Assembly: GCF_001194135.2 (NCBI RefSeq)
Contig: NC_068989.1
Location: 40,116,213 to 40,180,212 of the forward strand
DNA from: Octopus bimaculoides
Lineage: Eukaryota
DNA: 64,000 nt
Direction: 5' to 3'
Positions 11,713-25,541 of this stretch are shown here, piece after piece. The first letter of the stretch is position 1. Every line of letters starts with the position of its first letter. A program made the translations under genes and the position numbers. Below the pieces are notes generated by a model. It worked only from the letters and a program-made list of their open reading frames with translations. It did no database searches and had not been told where the DNA came from.

Positions 11713-12519
11713 AAGCATAATCACGGCTTCGTATTCAATATTTAGACAGCCTACAGAAGAACTTCGAAATGAAAGGAAACATTCGATGAATCATTTCGGG
11801 AAAAGATATGGGCACTAAACTTCCTAATTTCCCTTTGAAAAACACACGGTTATGTGTTATATTCCCCAAAGTAACGAATATTAAGTTTACTGTTCAGTGA
11901 TCAAGGAACAACTCTCTGAATAGATAATGTGCGTTAAACTTGTTCTAAAACAACGCTTTGAAACAGCAGTTATTTTGTCTACAGACAAGCTAACATCTTG
12001 TCATCAAATATAAATTTAAAAGTTGTAAAGCAAACATTTTTATCACATTCACGAAGAAAAGTGATATGACTTGAGATTCTTATCTCTAGAATAATTGCAC
12101 TTAGAAAGAGAAATCGATACTGTATGCTACGTAGTATTGAATTCAGCTTTTATTTTGCCTTAATCCAGGTCTGGCTAGTCAATAAATATTTTACGTAAAG
12201 GAAAAAAAAGTCGTGTGAAATGTTCTGAAACGGAATTATATAGGTGTGAATGGAATAAAAATCACACTGATAATGGACGCTAACAAAAAAAAAACAAAAA
12301 AAACAAACATAGTAAATGCGTTTAACGATTTAAGCTTTTGAAAGTTTCTTAATCATTCATTTAATATGGAATTCATTTTAAGTTTGCATGTTGTGCAGAG
12401 ATGACATAGCTGACGTTTCGAGACTGAGACTTTGTCTGATGGAAAACAGATGTTTGAACTAGGTATATAAGTTTATGGAAATTATTAAAGGGTAGACTGA
12501 GAGTGAAGAGAGAGATAGA

Positions 12520-12532
12520 TAGATAGAGAGAA

Positions 12533-12568
<36 letters not shown>

Positions 12569-12719
12569 AAAGATGAGGAGGTAATATGTAATGTATTGAA
12601 AAGGAAAAATGAAAATAAATTTGAAATAAAAAATAAAAAATAATAAAATGATTCAGTGTTTGTATTGACATAATAAAAAGCAATAGTTAGAAATAACGAT
12701 GTTCAATGTATATGTGTGT

Positions 12720-12774
<55 letters not shown>
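12520..12774. repeat. (GA)n and (GT)n microsatellites
   Basis: Directly visible at ~12520-12562 and ~12714-12772. Confidence 0.95.
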
Positions 12775-15529
12775 CGAATTTCATTTTCTCCATATTTAAG
12801 CGCGTTGGTCCATTGGTCTCTTCTTGTACACTCACAGTTATATTCTGTGTCCACTCTCCGAACACACTTCGTCGCATGTATCGATTAGCTCCTACATACA
12901 ACCACAGTTATATTCGCTATTCTCCGCAAAAATATACACCAAACTTTGTCACGTGCGTCCATTGACCATAGGAATGTAGAAATCGAAGTTTTAAATTACT
13001 TTGTAATTTTTAAATTCAAATTGTTTTAATAATCTATCTAATATGATTTTGTATGCTTACACCCACCTCCTTACCCTCACACTGCAATATTCTCAATAGT
13101 ATCTAAGACACGAAACATCAGATTACTCTTCTTTTCCCGACATACTAATGTATCCGAACTCATTCACTACATTGCATAATTAATTTTGCTGACACAAATC
13201 AAAACCGGAGTCTTTGTATGATGTTTCGACTCACTGTTAGGTAATATTTGTAATATTCACACCTCTTCTTTCAGAATTTACAGAGAGGTGATCTTAGGAA
13301 GTTTAGGACAATCAGATGAGGTGTCAACACTTTGTACTCTCTGAATAGTACTGCGATTTGTCCTTGGGTGAGAGACTTAAATCTGAGCGAACCTGTACAT
13401 TTAGCTGTAAGAATATTGGAGAAGAATTATTTTCCGATCCGACAAAATTACTGTTTTACAATAATTCATGAAGAGTCTGGTTTATGAACTTTTGAGGAGC
13501 TTTGGTATATCGTCGCTCCTGGGGCATTAAACTAATCCTAGAAGAGGACTCAACTTTCTGATCAATTATCATCATTCAATAAACAATTGGATAATGTTAA
13601 TACTCTCGCTAGTATCCCCAAAATTATATTTTTTATATCAAAGGAAATTATGTACACTTTTTGAGCAATTATAAATTATATTCGTAAAGAGTTGTTTGAT
13701 TGTCAGAAGCAAATAATGTTAAAATCCTCAAGGATATTTAGTTGTTCTTACGTATGCTGTAAACTAAAATCTGTCATGATCGATTTCGTTGCTCACGTTT
13801 CCAAGATCAATAAGTACAGAACGACTCAAACACTTGGTTGATAAATCCCACGCTTCCACCTACAAATTGAAAATTAATGAAATTATTATTTAATATGGAA
13901 ATTCTAGAGATACATGTATAAGTATATCCATACATGCCTCGATACAGAAACACAAATATATGCAAGGCACCAAACGCAATGTAATTTGTTGCCGGTTGAC
14001 AATACAGTTACAGCCTGAATGCGTCAGATTGCAAGAAATAAGACAATGCAAAATAAAACTAGAAACGTTAAAACATAACTGAGAACTCATCTAAATATAG
14101 AAGCATCCTCACGGAAGACTTGAAGGAGGCAATATCAATTGACAAATATTAGGCAAACCTAAACAGAAATAACGTCACCTGCCAACAAATTAACGCTACA
14201 CACAAGTGTAGCACTAACTCTTTTATAACTGAAAACTGACATGATATGAAAAACAAAATTAACTGAAGTCTGATTACTAGGATGCATTAGAACCAGTGTA
14301 CTACTGCTTCTCGATACCTAGGAAACGATCAAAATACATTGGACACTAAAAGGTTTCCAGCCATAAGGTAAGATGGAAAAATGACTTGAAGCGTCTAAGG
14401 AATATAATTTTAGTTATTTTCACTTTTGATTTGGCTGTATATTTGACATTCAATGATTTTCAAACATCTATATTCTTTTTGAAGAGCTTTTAATATTCAT
14501 ATGAGTGGCGGAGAAATGTTTGTATTATATCATCGATAGGAAATTATTTTCTATATTAGATGCTACGTTTATGATACAGTAAATATGGAGTGAGTTCAAT
14601 GAGTTAATGTATCTTTTTCTGTTTCTATGTTATGTGATATTGTTCCATATACTTTTGTTTTTATGATTTATGTTCCCTTTCCTCGAAACTACCGCAAGCA
14701 ATACCTAAACAAGCCACTACTACGAAATGAAGTAAGAGAAGTGTTGTAGCATAATTCAACAAAAAACATTCTATAGAAGAATATTTAGTTAGCAAATAAA
14801 TTCTGGCAATACCATAATTGATAAGAGATTTAAACAAAATATGATAGAAGGAAAAGGAAGCTGAATAAAATGCAGTCAATAAAGGAGATAATATTATGAA
14901 ATGAACTGTGATGGTAATAAAAACTTTAGTATCAACATTAGGTACCTTGAATTTAAAAATCGAATAAGGTCATATTCTACAGAGAAGCAATGGGGACATA
15001 GTTTCTTCGCAATTCGCCTGTTGTAGTAAAACTGCTTTGTGCATGAAACTTGCAGTCACTCCGTGAAACATACAGGAATCATGTATGCATTTCATTAAAT
15101 TTCACGAATCGTGTTCTGATAAAAAAATCCAAAACTGGTGGCACAGAAAACGATTAGACAAGCAACATTCCGCTGACGTTAGAGGGGATGGAATAACAAA
15201 AGGGCTAATTACAAACTAGACAACGCATTCAGTATTGCAGTTTAGTACGTGAGGAAAAGTACCTGTTGCGAGAGACCCACTGAAATGTGGTGAGTGACAC
15301 TCCATTTTGGGGAGATGGTGAGCTTTATGCATCAAGAGCTTGAATGGTAACACAAGCGTATCTTTCTCGATGCCTTCTTAGTATAATATGTAACGTAGGT
15401 ACCCTAATGAAGCAACTTATTAATGTGTCATTTTGTAAGGTATCGTTCGATTAAACATATGCCTATAGGAATATGGATAGGATATTGTTCTACTTGTAAT
15501 TATGTTTCTTATGATATTGTATAAATACT

Positions 15530-15650
15530 GCTCAGTTCAATGTTGCCTTTCATCCTTTCGAAGTCGATAGAATGCATTAAAATAAATTACTGTTGTCGAT
15601 ATAGTCGCCGAACACCCTCCTACGGGCCCTGCACCAAAATTTGGAACAGT
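15530..15650 (+). mobile_element. partial SINE family A
   Basis: TTGCCTTTCATCCTTTCGAAGTCGATA...GTCGATATAGTCG...GCACCAAAATTTGGAAC. Confidence 0.6.
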
Positions 15651-17023
15651 TATCATACCAGCGATTTTCTCACTTATAGTGAGAAATCACAAAGATTCAG
15701 AAATCACAGAAATTACAGAAATCACAAAGATTCAGGCAAAAGAATGAAGCGATATCCTACTGTACGAGTGACAAACAAATCGGTTGTTCCTCTAGAGAAG
15801 TCCACTTTTCCCACAGGCGGACATTTACTGATATATATACACTCGTACACAGACGTAGAGAAAAAACATTGCGCAGAGGTAAAAGAAGTTGAATAGAATA
15901 TAACTAAAAATATAGGAGTAACAAAACAACAAAATTTTCTTCATCAGCTCTTCACCAGAGATCAACCTGATTTCGACACCTTACTGACATAATAATTTCT
16001 TTCAGGTATGTCGGAGGAGTATAACCTACTAAGAGGTGGAAAGAAATTAAGAAAAACATCTAAAGAACTAGTAGAAATAGTTAGCGATTCAGAAAGAAAA
16101 GAGGAGATAATTTCAAGTAAAAAGAAAATAATTAAAAAATATTAATTAATATGCTTACAAGAATATCCGATATTAGTAGCGAAGGTTACGACAGCGATGA
16201 ACACATTTCGGACTTACTTCATCGGCGCAACATACACGGCCCGATCTCGCTTGAATAAGTAGACTAAGTTTTACAGTTAGAAAAATGGTCATAAAAAACT
16301 TGAACTTGTATGAACTTGGATAATTCTAAATCTTATTTAACTAATAGAAATGAATCGAATAAATCATCATCTACATTAAGATAGCACAAGGTTTATTTTG
16401 CTGAAACACGCAAAAATATATATTGAAAAAGTCAATTACTAATTCCATCAAGTTGCCACATTTTCTTGTGAACCTCAGACGGATGCTCTTTTGTCAAATA
16501 TACTGGAAATATCACATCAGTAAGCGTTTCTATAGATGTGTGTATATAATGCTTATAGCATTTTATAGATTTAGCTATGGAAGTCGTAAACGAATTATAC
16601 ACAACCTATGCATAACTCAGTCCATCCCTCACTTCTCAATGTACTTTCTTCTAACTGAACAATATATAATTATCATTTATTGATACATGCCAATCATAAT
16701 GCGATGTCAATGTATTTGCTGTAAGTGTGGTATCAGGTCTAATGGTCGTGTGTTGACGTGAAATAACGGTACATACTTTCTTTCCTTATCTCCATAAACT
16801 TACGTTTTATGTACACACACATACACACACACACAAACCTACATACTGCACAGTTACACATACCCATATATACCATACACACGTACAAACATATTAGCGC
16901 ATACCCACACATACAGGCGTGCGAGCACACGCACACCTGCACGCATACAGGCCCACACCGACACCTACTCACTTTTATGCCTGCAGTACACTCTTAAGTA
17001 TGAGAGTGTGTATGTGCATATAC

Positions 17024-17077
<54 letters not shown>

Positions 17078-17118
17078 CTCACTCTCTCTCTCTCTCTCAG
17101 TATGAATATGTGTAACTA

Positions 17119-18686
17119 CAGTGGGGGGAAATAAATATTCGTACATGTCAAAATTCTTTCTTTATTTAATTTCTAATGAACATAAATGGGATATACCAAT
17201 ACTATATTTGCATACACATACATAAACTAAGAATATGCAAAAGAAACTAATAAATTATAGTAACTAATGAATTTATATACAAATATAAATATTTAGGGGT
17301 AAAATAAGTATTCGTACGGAACAGGAATAACTGATAATTCTGATTTAATACTTCGTAGCATAACCATTATTCAGTTCCACTTCAACCAATCTCTTCTTGT
17401 AGTTCTTAATAAATGACTCGCATGTTTCTTTAAGAATTTTTTCCAATTCTCTTGACAAATTTTCTTCAAATCTGCAATGCAAATTGGGGCGCTTGAATGA
17501 ATTTTAATTTTCAAATAACGCCACAAATTTTCAATGGGGTTCAAGTCAGCTGACTGGCTTGGCCATTCTAATAATTTTATATTGTGATTGACAATCCATT
17601 TTTGGTAGACTTCACCGTGTGCTTAGGGTCGTTATCCTGTTGTAAAACCCATCCTTCACAAAGCTGGAGCTTTTCTACAGATTCCCATAAATTATTGTTC
17701 AAAATATTTTAGTACATCTCTGCATTCATTCTACCATCTATCACATGTAAATTCCCAGTGCCATTTGCAAAGAAAACCCCCTACACAATGATGTTGCCAC
17801 CTCCAAACTTTACAGTAGGAATTGTGTTTTTCGGCGAATAGGTGGTACCATCTTTCGTCCAAACATGGCTACGCGAATTTCGTCCAAACAATTCAATTTT
17901 CGACTCATCTGTCCAAAGAACATTTTCCCAGAATGTATCAGATTTATCTTTATGTCCATAAACAAATTTTAAACGGGCATCTCTATGCCTTCTAGTCAAC
18001 AGTGAAGTTTTTCTAGGAGAGCATGACTTCAGTTCATTCCTATGAAGTTCATTGCTGATTGTTCGTTGTGTAACACTAGTCCCTGAAGCTAAAAAATCTT
18101 CTTGCAACTCCTTTCTGGTGATCATTGCGTTTTTTTCGATACTTCACTTCATTTTCCTTAAAGATCTAGGGGAAATCTTGCGTGGAACACCGGATCTTAT
18201 TCTGTTTTCAACACTTCCCGATTTTTTATATCTTTGAATAAATGAAGATATGGTAGACAATGGAATACAAAGGGTCTCTGATATTTTCCTGTAACCTGCT
18301 TTCCACTGTTCAATAATTAAGTTTTTCACTGCATTTGTGAGTTCTTTACTTTTCGCCATTATTACGACACTACTTTAGGTTGTTTCAGTGCTGAATGAAG
18401 AAGCTAGCGTTTTGACACTTAAAAATGACCACTAAGATTATTGGAACAAACAGCATTTCGTTGGCATAGAAGCTCATAAATTTATTCTGTACGAATACTT
18501 TTTTCACCCCTAAATATTTATAATTGTATATAAATTCATTAGTTATTATAATTTATTAGTTTCTTTTACATATTCTTAGTTTATGCATGTGTATGCAAAT
18601 ACAGTATCAGTATATCCCATTTATGTTCATTAGAAATCAAATAAATAAAGACTTTTGACATGTACGAATATTTATTTCCCCCACTG
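17119..18686 (-). mobile_element. full-length Tc1-family DNA transposon, IR/DR type, 1568 bp, ~199-bp TIRs
   Basis: TA|CAGTGGGGGGAAATAAATATTCGTAC at 17117 and its inverse ending CCCCCACTG at 18686. TIRs 17119-17317 and 18489-18686 differ at ~13 positions. An inner DR (GGGGTAAAATAAGTATTCGTAC) repeats the outer one. Confidence 0.95.
17345..18359 (-). pseudogene. Tc1 transposase pseudogene (DD34E)
   Basis: MAKSKELT...RSGVPRKIS (paired-like HTH, GRPR-like); WTDESKIELFG; TVKFGGGNIIV*G; LQQDNDPKH...EWPSQSADLNPIENLW; GYATKY*. Visible lesions: at least two stops (~17781, ~17710) and two frameshifts (~18140, ~17600). Confidence 0.92.
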
Positions 18687-21600
18687 TTTATGTATGTGTG
18701 TATGTGAGTGTGTGTATGCGTGAGTATGTGTGTATATTTAAATATATTTTTTTATATGTACATGCATTGATATATGTATATGCATATGCTTTTAAACATG
18801 CACTCACAAATCCGATAAATATATGTGAATATATATATACATACATACATACANNNNNNNNNNNNNNNNNNNNNNNNNNNNNNNNNNNNNNNNNNNNNNN
18901 NNNNNNNNNNNNNNNNNNNNNNNNNNNNNNNNNNNNNNNNNNNNNNNNNNNNNNNNNNNNNNNNNNNNNNNNNNNNNNNNNNNNNNNNNNNNNNNNNNNN
19001 NNNNNNNNNNNNNNNNNNNNNNNNNNNNNNNNNNNNNNNNNNNNNNNNNNNNNNNNNNNNNNNNNNNNNNNNNNNNNNNNNNNNNNNNNNNNNNNNTATA
19101 TATATATATATATATATATACATACATACATACATACATACATACATACATACATACATACATACATACATACATGTTCTTACTCATATACACATATTTT
19201 CGTGTATTAACTGATCTATGTAAACTCATAAGCACGTGTCAAATATACGTGTTAAAGATAACTTTGTTGTCTTCGCAGTTTTTCTCCTTTTAAATTTCTA
19301 TTTCATTTAAGCTTATTTCCAACTTAATAATTAGTGACAAAATTATCTGTGAACTTTATCTCAACTATGAAAATGTTATTTTTATGAATGTCATGCTAAG
19401 TCAAGTAAAAGAAACGATTAACGAGTATACTGATGGTAATACCTAAAATAACGACTTTCCATCACAAAACATTATTGTGGATCTTTGCATCGTAATGGTT
19501 TTATTTCACATCTGTTTTTATTTTTAAAATGAAGGAACAGCAGTGCCATATATCTAGCAAGTCTAGTTAGATATTTTAAATGAATTCTTGACATAGTTGT
19601 TTATTTTGCTTTGCGCCAAATTCCCGCTTCATTTCTCCTGTGAAAATCTCTGTAACATAATATGCAATAAATTTATTGAGAAATGCATCAACAGTTCCGT
19701 AGCGTATCTACCCGGTGAAGGGGCTCTCTGGTAGATTATCTGTAAATTAGATTATATCCTATGCTAAAGGAGAGAACTGAGATACGATACCGATCTCAGT
19801 TGTTCAAGGTTAATTCTACCCACGTCTCTTGTTATGATGTACAATCAGTTGTAAATTGAAGGATTAGGTTTCTCTCATCTGGGATCCTCGAAAATCAGAA
19901 ATTCAAGATGTGCTTAATCCATTGTGCCTCTATTAATTACGTCACTCATTAAACAGTTTTCACTGTTCAGGTATGGAAATGTAATCGGTATTCGTAACAT
20001 GTATGATGTCGATTAAATGGCTTATAGATTACTGTCCAGCTATATAGCAGCAAAGCACAAGATTGGGTAAGATTCCCTTTGCGAAACACTGGCAGTTGCT
20101 CAAACATAGAATTCTCTCCGCTTCCCACTATCAACATGCGAGATAAAAGCTGCTGCTTTATGGCCAACACAGCTTGGCATCAGTGTCATTGCAACATTTC
20201 TGTGAGAACGCAAAGGGCTGAAACAGATACCGCACATCTTGGAAACAAGGCCAGGTGTTTGGAAATAGAAAGTGAACATGTAGTCATCCAGCAGAAAAGG
20301 AAAAATAATTATGCTGTGTTAAAACTTCATCACCTTCATAACATGGTGAGTACGTCAACTAATTTTCGTTGGATGTGTATGCCATTTCTCTGGTTTTTTT
20401 ACGGGGATATAGACAATACAGAACATGTTTCATTACGGTTAATATTCAACATAGCTATCAAATTCTTTCTAACTTTAAATTACTATCAGCATATATTTCC
20501 TATGTTGACACATTGAAGGTTTGTGTTCATTCATCGGTGTTCGTGCTCATTAGATTGTGTACATGCTCATTGGATAGTGACCATGACTTTGGCTACGCAG
20601 TGACTTCAGTGGAGAACGCATCTGTTCGGTGGTTCGGAGAAACGTGATTGCTCCCTCCTACACTGCTCCGCTGTGTGCCTTTTCAAGCGAGGAAATTATG
20701 GAAGTTGTGATATCTAATAGCCACAAACGAACGTAATGCTCCAACCATCGCAATGCATCTCTATGTCTGTTTATGGTTCCAAGAAGCTTCTCTATGGCTC
20801 CAAGAAACCCCATCTATTGGGAGCAAAATTCTGACTTGCATGTGACCTAGTTTTATGTAATACACCATCCCCAAGTTTTCACACTAAATCGGCTCCAAAG
20901 CCAAGAAATGGTAAAGACGGGCGAAGACTGAAATGTATGCAGGTGGTGCCGCATGTAGAGGATTTTTACGAGTAACATTCTCGGAACGCCATAAAACATC
21001 ATGTTTGTTTTCTTTAGCCTTCTTAAATCCATTTAATTTCACAAGATGCTGAGAAAACTTGATTCCGAGTTAGAAATCTTAAACGTAAATCGTGTGACGC
21101 AAATTTATCCGCAAAAGACTAGGTAGTCTGTATTAGGATCTTTTCATCACCTAGATGGATTTTCTTACATTAACTAGGTATCCGTCACTGTTGATGATCT
21201 CACTGCATGCTCAAATACTTATTCGAATGGTTTTTTTTTATAGTTTCCGCGTACTAATAACCGTTCCCTGTTTCAGATTCATTCGGTATTTTGACAGGTC
21301 TCGGGTTTGCTCTGACGAGTTTTAAGCAACTCCCTGCACTAGATTAGCCAAGTTAATCGACAATAAACAGACCTCACTGGATTATATGGTACTAACGGCA
21401 CTTACGACTGATCTGATATTAATAGTATTGCTTCAACGGTAGCAGTTTTGAATTACTAGTGCTTACATGGGTCCGGTTGCTCATGTTTGTACCTGAACCA
21501 CATTCGAAGCTGCTATATTACAGTCATAATTTCAATTATATCATAGGTTTTCTTTGGTAGAGTACATATAAATAAATGTATAGGGTAGATCGACAATGGA

Positions 21601-23452
21601 GTATTTGCTCTCGCATCCATGTCATAGAAGATAATATAAACATATAAACTATATTGAAGCAAATACTATAAGACCTATTAGCAAAGAACCACGTTCCCAA
21701 CATACTGCAACCCTGCCGAAATCTCACCATAAACCACTGCACTGTACATCATTCTATGACGTGTGCTGTCTCCTCTCTATTACTATTCGACCTAACTACA
21801 AGGAGCTCTGCTGTGAAATAGCCGGTTACATATCTTTTTCAATTACACCCACCTGAAAACTCTCTCATTATTTCTTTCTCTCTCTCAGTCTCTCACTTTT
21901 CTCATAATCACCCCACACCCCTGTGTCTAGTTCTCTAGGCACCTTCGTATTATGTGTTTCCAGTCTTTTCTTTCCAGTGCACCAAAACTCTCCCTACTAT
22001 ATCTTCCCTACAAATTTTCCGGCAGAGGAATACTTACAATTGTTCAACGTAAATATCAACTGCATCTGTCTTACCATCAGACTCCGTAAATCTGATAATG
22101 CACTTGCCACTTCCACTCTCCACATAACAAAACGCTTAAAGAGAAAACACCAGTCGATACTTTCAAATGTCCACATTCGATATCTGCCGAACATTGAAAC
22201 GTAAATTAAAAATTAAAAAGAACATATTGTTTGTTATTGATAAAATCAACAAGATATGAACTATATCGATTTTATTGTAATTCTATGAGTGAAATTAAAT
22301 AGCAGTTCGTTATGGCAGTATTTCTACAAGCGAAGTGACATGTTATCAACATTACATTATCGTCATAAAAGTTATATATTGAACTTAAATATTGCTTGTT
22401 TACTCCATTACACGACGAATTAATGTGTTTTTGAGTACACTCTATATATCAATGTCAAAATAACTTTAAAAAAAACGCAAGAAATGCAGTCTGAATACAT
22501 GAAATATTTTCCAGTTGATTATTGATTTCTTTTAGTTCTTAAGAATTGAAACATTTTAAAGTACGATACCCTGGTCATATATTAAGTATGTAAGTCCGTA
22601 GTGGTTTTATGTAAAATTCAATTCGTAACCATACTCATAACATGGTTATAAATTATTGATTTACAATTTAAGAACACACCCTCAATTTATGGACAAATTT
22701 TGCACTCTCTTAAGTCGAAAGCACCACGCGACGGAAGGATGAAGAGCAAAGTCAATTCCGACAGGATTGAATTGAAAAATTAATAGAACATATCTAAATA
22801 CTATGCAGCACTTTTTCCTTTTGCTTCTCTTACGATGCTCGCATTCACCAAGCTTTTTTAAGAAAAATTAAATAACTTACTCATATTTTTGTTTACAACG
22901 ACAGTAATGTGTACGTCAATCCCATACTCCGTCAGTTCTATACATGTCCCGTACCACTAGTAATCATTAGTTCATCGACCTGCATCGTACTTATTCAGGT
23001 GCTACCATTTGTATATTTTATCTGGTCACTTTAATTACAATCATATTTGTTGTATGTAAACTAAAAATTTATATTTGCAGTTTATCTGGCTGCAGAAGCA
23101 TCGCAGAAGCACCTAATGAAACGAATATTTGGAAACTAAGCCAAAAAGACATTTATTTGAAACAACGAGGGAGCACGTAGATGCTCACTGTAGTTGTCAT
23201 AAAAAGCAACCATATCACTCTAAAATGAGACGAGTACATCTGAAAATGTTCTTATAAATATGCATCGCTCATAAGGAAGATTGAATAATCATGCTGGAAT
23301 ACTTTCATACATAATTCAACTCAGGCAATCATACATGTTCTTTGTGAATCTTAGGTTACTTCAGTCAATTATATATCTACTTAGTGAATTATACATGTGT
23401 TCAATTAATTATCATAGGTTTGTTCAATCAATCATGTATAGTCTCAGTTAGT

Positions 23453-23836
23453 GGAGGCGCAATGGCCCAGTGTTAGGGCAGCGGACTCGCGGTCATAGGA
23501 TCGCGGTTTCTATTCCCAGACTGGGTGTTGTGAGTGTTTATTGAGCGAAAACACATAAAGCTCCATAAGGCTCCGGCAGAGGAGGGTGGTGAACCCTGCT
23601 GTATTTATTCACCACAACTTTCTCTCACTCTTACTTCCTGTTTCTGTTATGCCTGTAATTCAAAGGGTCAGCCTTGTCACACTGTGTCACGCTGAATATC
23701 CCCGAGAACTACGTTAAGGGTACACGTGTATGTGGAGTGCTCAGCCACTTGCACGTTAGTTTCACGGGCAGGCTGTTCCGTTGATCGGATCAACTGGAGC
23801 CGTCGTTGTCATAAGCGACGGAGTGCCAACACACAC
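23453..23836 (+). mobile_element. tRNA-derived SINE family B, about full length
   Basis: tRNA-like head GGAGGCGCAATGGCCCAGTG-TTAGGGCAGCGGACTCGCGGTCATAGGATCGCGGTTTCTATTCCC. Tail GAGTGCTCAGCCACTTGCACGTTA...GACGGAGTGCCAAC recurs inverted at 63878-64000. Confidence 0.85.
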
Positions 23837-24113
23837 AGTCTTACGTAGCTTTGTGTGCTCAATTGCAAGTCAACTCAGTCAACGATACGTCTGCCCAATC
23901 ACAGATCTGCTTCATTGAGTTATAGTTCTGTTTAGCTAGTCAATGGTCTCTCTGCTCCATCGTCTGCTCAATCGATAACAGGACAGCACGATGGATCACA
24001 CATGTGCTTGGACGTAAGTATGACTGTTCACTAGGTCACAGGTTTATTCAAACACAATTGATACGAAGATGGAAACAATAACATCAAAAATGTAAAAGAA
24101 AACACCTAGGAGT

Positions 24114-24116
<3 letters not shown>

Positions 24117-24188
<72 letters not shown>

Positions 24189-24731
24189 NNNNNNNNNNNN
24201 NNNNNNNNNNNNNNNNNNNNNNNNNNNNNNNNNNNNNNNNNNNNNNNNNNNNNNNNNNNNNNNNNNNNNNNNNNNNNNNNNNNNNNNNNNNNNNNNNNNN
24301 NNNNNNNNNNNNNNNNNNNNNNNNNNNNNNNNNNNNNNNNNNNNNNNNNNNNNNNNNNNNNNNNNNNNNNNNNNNNNNNNNNNNNNNNNNNNNNNNNNNN
24401 NNNNNNNNNNNNNNNNNNNNNNNNNNNNNNNNNNNNNNNNNNNNNNNNNNNNNNNNNNNNNNNNNNNNNNNNNNNNNNNNNNNNNNNNNNNNNNNNNNNN
24501 NNNNNNNNNNNNNNNNNNNNNNNNNNNNNNNNNNNNNNNNNNNNNNNNNNNNNNNNNNNNNNNNNNNNNNNNNNNNNNNNNNNNNNNNNNNNNNNNNNNN
24601 NNNNNNNNNNNNNNNNNNNNNNNNNNNNNNNNNNNNNNNNNNNNNNNNNNNNNNNNNNNNNNNNNNNNNNNNNNNNNNNNNNNNNNNNNNNNNNNNNNNN
24701 NNNNNNNNNNNNNNNNNNNNNNNNNNNNNNN

Positions 24732-24794
<63 letters not shown>
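24117..24794. repeat. (AG)n - N gap (24189-24731) - (GT)n
   Basis: Directly visible. Confidence 0.95.
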
Positions 24795-24796
<2 letters not shown>

Positions 24797-25541
24797 ACAA
24801 GTGGTTTAACCATATAGTAAGTCAGACGAAATATTTCGAGAACAAATTGCAGAAACCACAAGACAAGTCATTGAAGATCTAAGTGACAGAATAATTTCAT
24901 TTAAGACTGGCATATTATTTCGTCTGACAAATTCTCAGAAATAATTTGCTAAAAATATCTTTGTAATTAATTAAAAAAGACATTCTTAAAATTCATTTAA
25001 AAAGTAAACAAAATAAACTGCTGAAGGTAGAACAGAAAACTAAAAATATTAGCGTTTCAGATACATTACATGGTTTTATTTTAAGTCAGACGAAAATATC
25101 AAAGAAATAGTATTTTTTTAAAATTTGTAATCAAATTAAATTACGTGTACTTTAACAATTTCAGAAGCACATTAATTATACTTAAATATATGAAATAAAT
25201 GTGCTTTACAGAATCAAGATTTTTAGTGAAGAAATTACTCGATGTGAAGTAGATGAAAATACGTTTACGCTGCATGTTTTGTCATACTTTTTGCTTCTGC
25301 TTTGGAAATTATAGTAAAGATTACTAAAATAGATACTAGTTTCTGCACATTCAACTGTATTTTAGATCAAATATGTCAGTAATCTATATAATTGTTCAGT
25401 AATCTATATAATTTAAAATGAATAAATATAACATATAAAATCCAACTTAAACATGTATGTATGTATGTATGTGTGAATGTATGTATGTATGTATGTATAT
25501 ATGTATGTATGTAAGTGTGTATATATATTAATGCTTCTTTT

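Noticed and set aside
12410-12445. Hammerhead-like relic CAGACAAAG-TCTCAGTCTC-GAAACGTC on minus
   Set aside because: The core is too degraded and there is no recognisable parent element around it.
15241-15295. Possible exon TTGCAG...GTG|GTGAGT
   Set aside because: All three frames contain a stop and there is no supporting neighbouring exon.
16000-16146. TTTCAG acceptor followed by ATG and a short Lys/Glu-rich ORF
   Set aside because: Only ~45 codons, composition explained by A-richness, no recognisable motif.
23453-23530. tRNA gene
   Set aside because: The tRNA-like head has a degraded B box and continues into a body whose tail recurs at 63878-64000, so it is a SINE.
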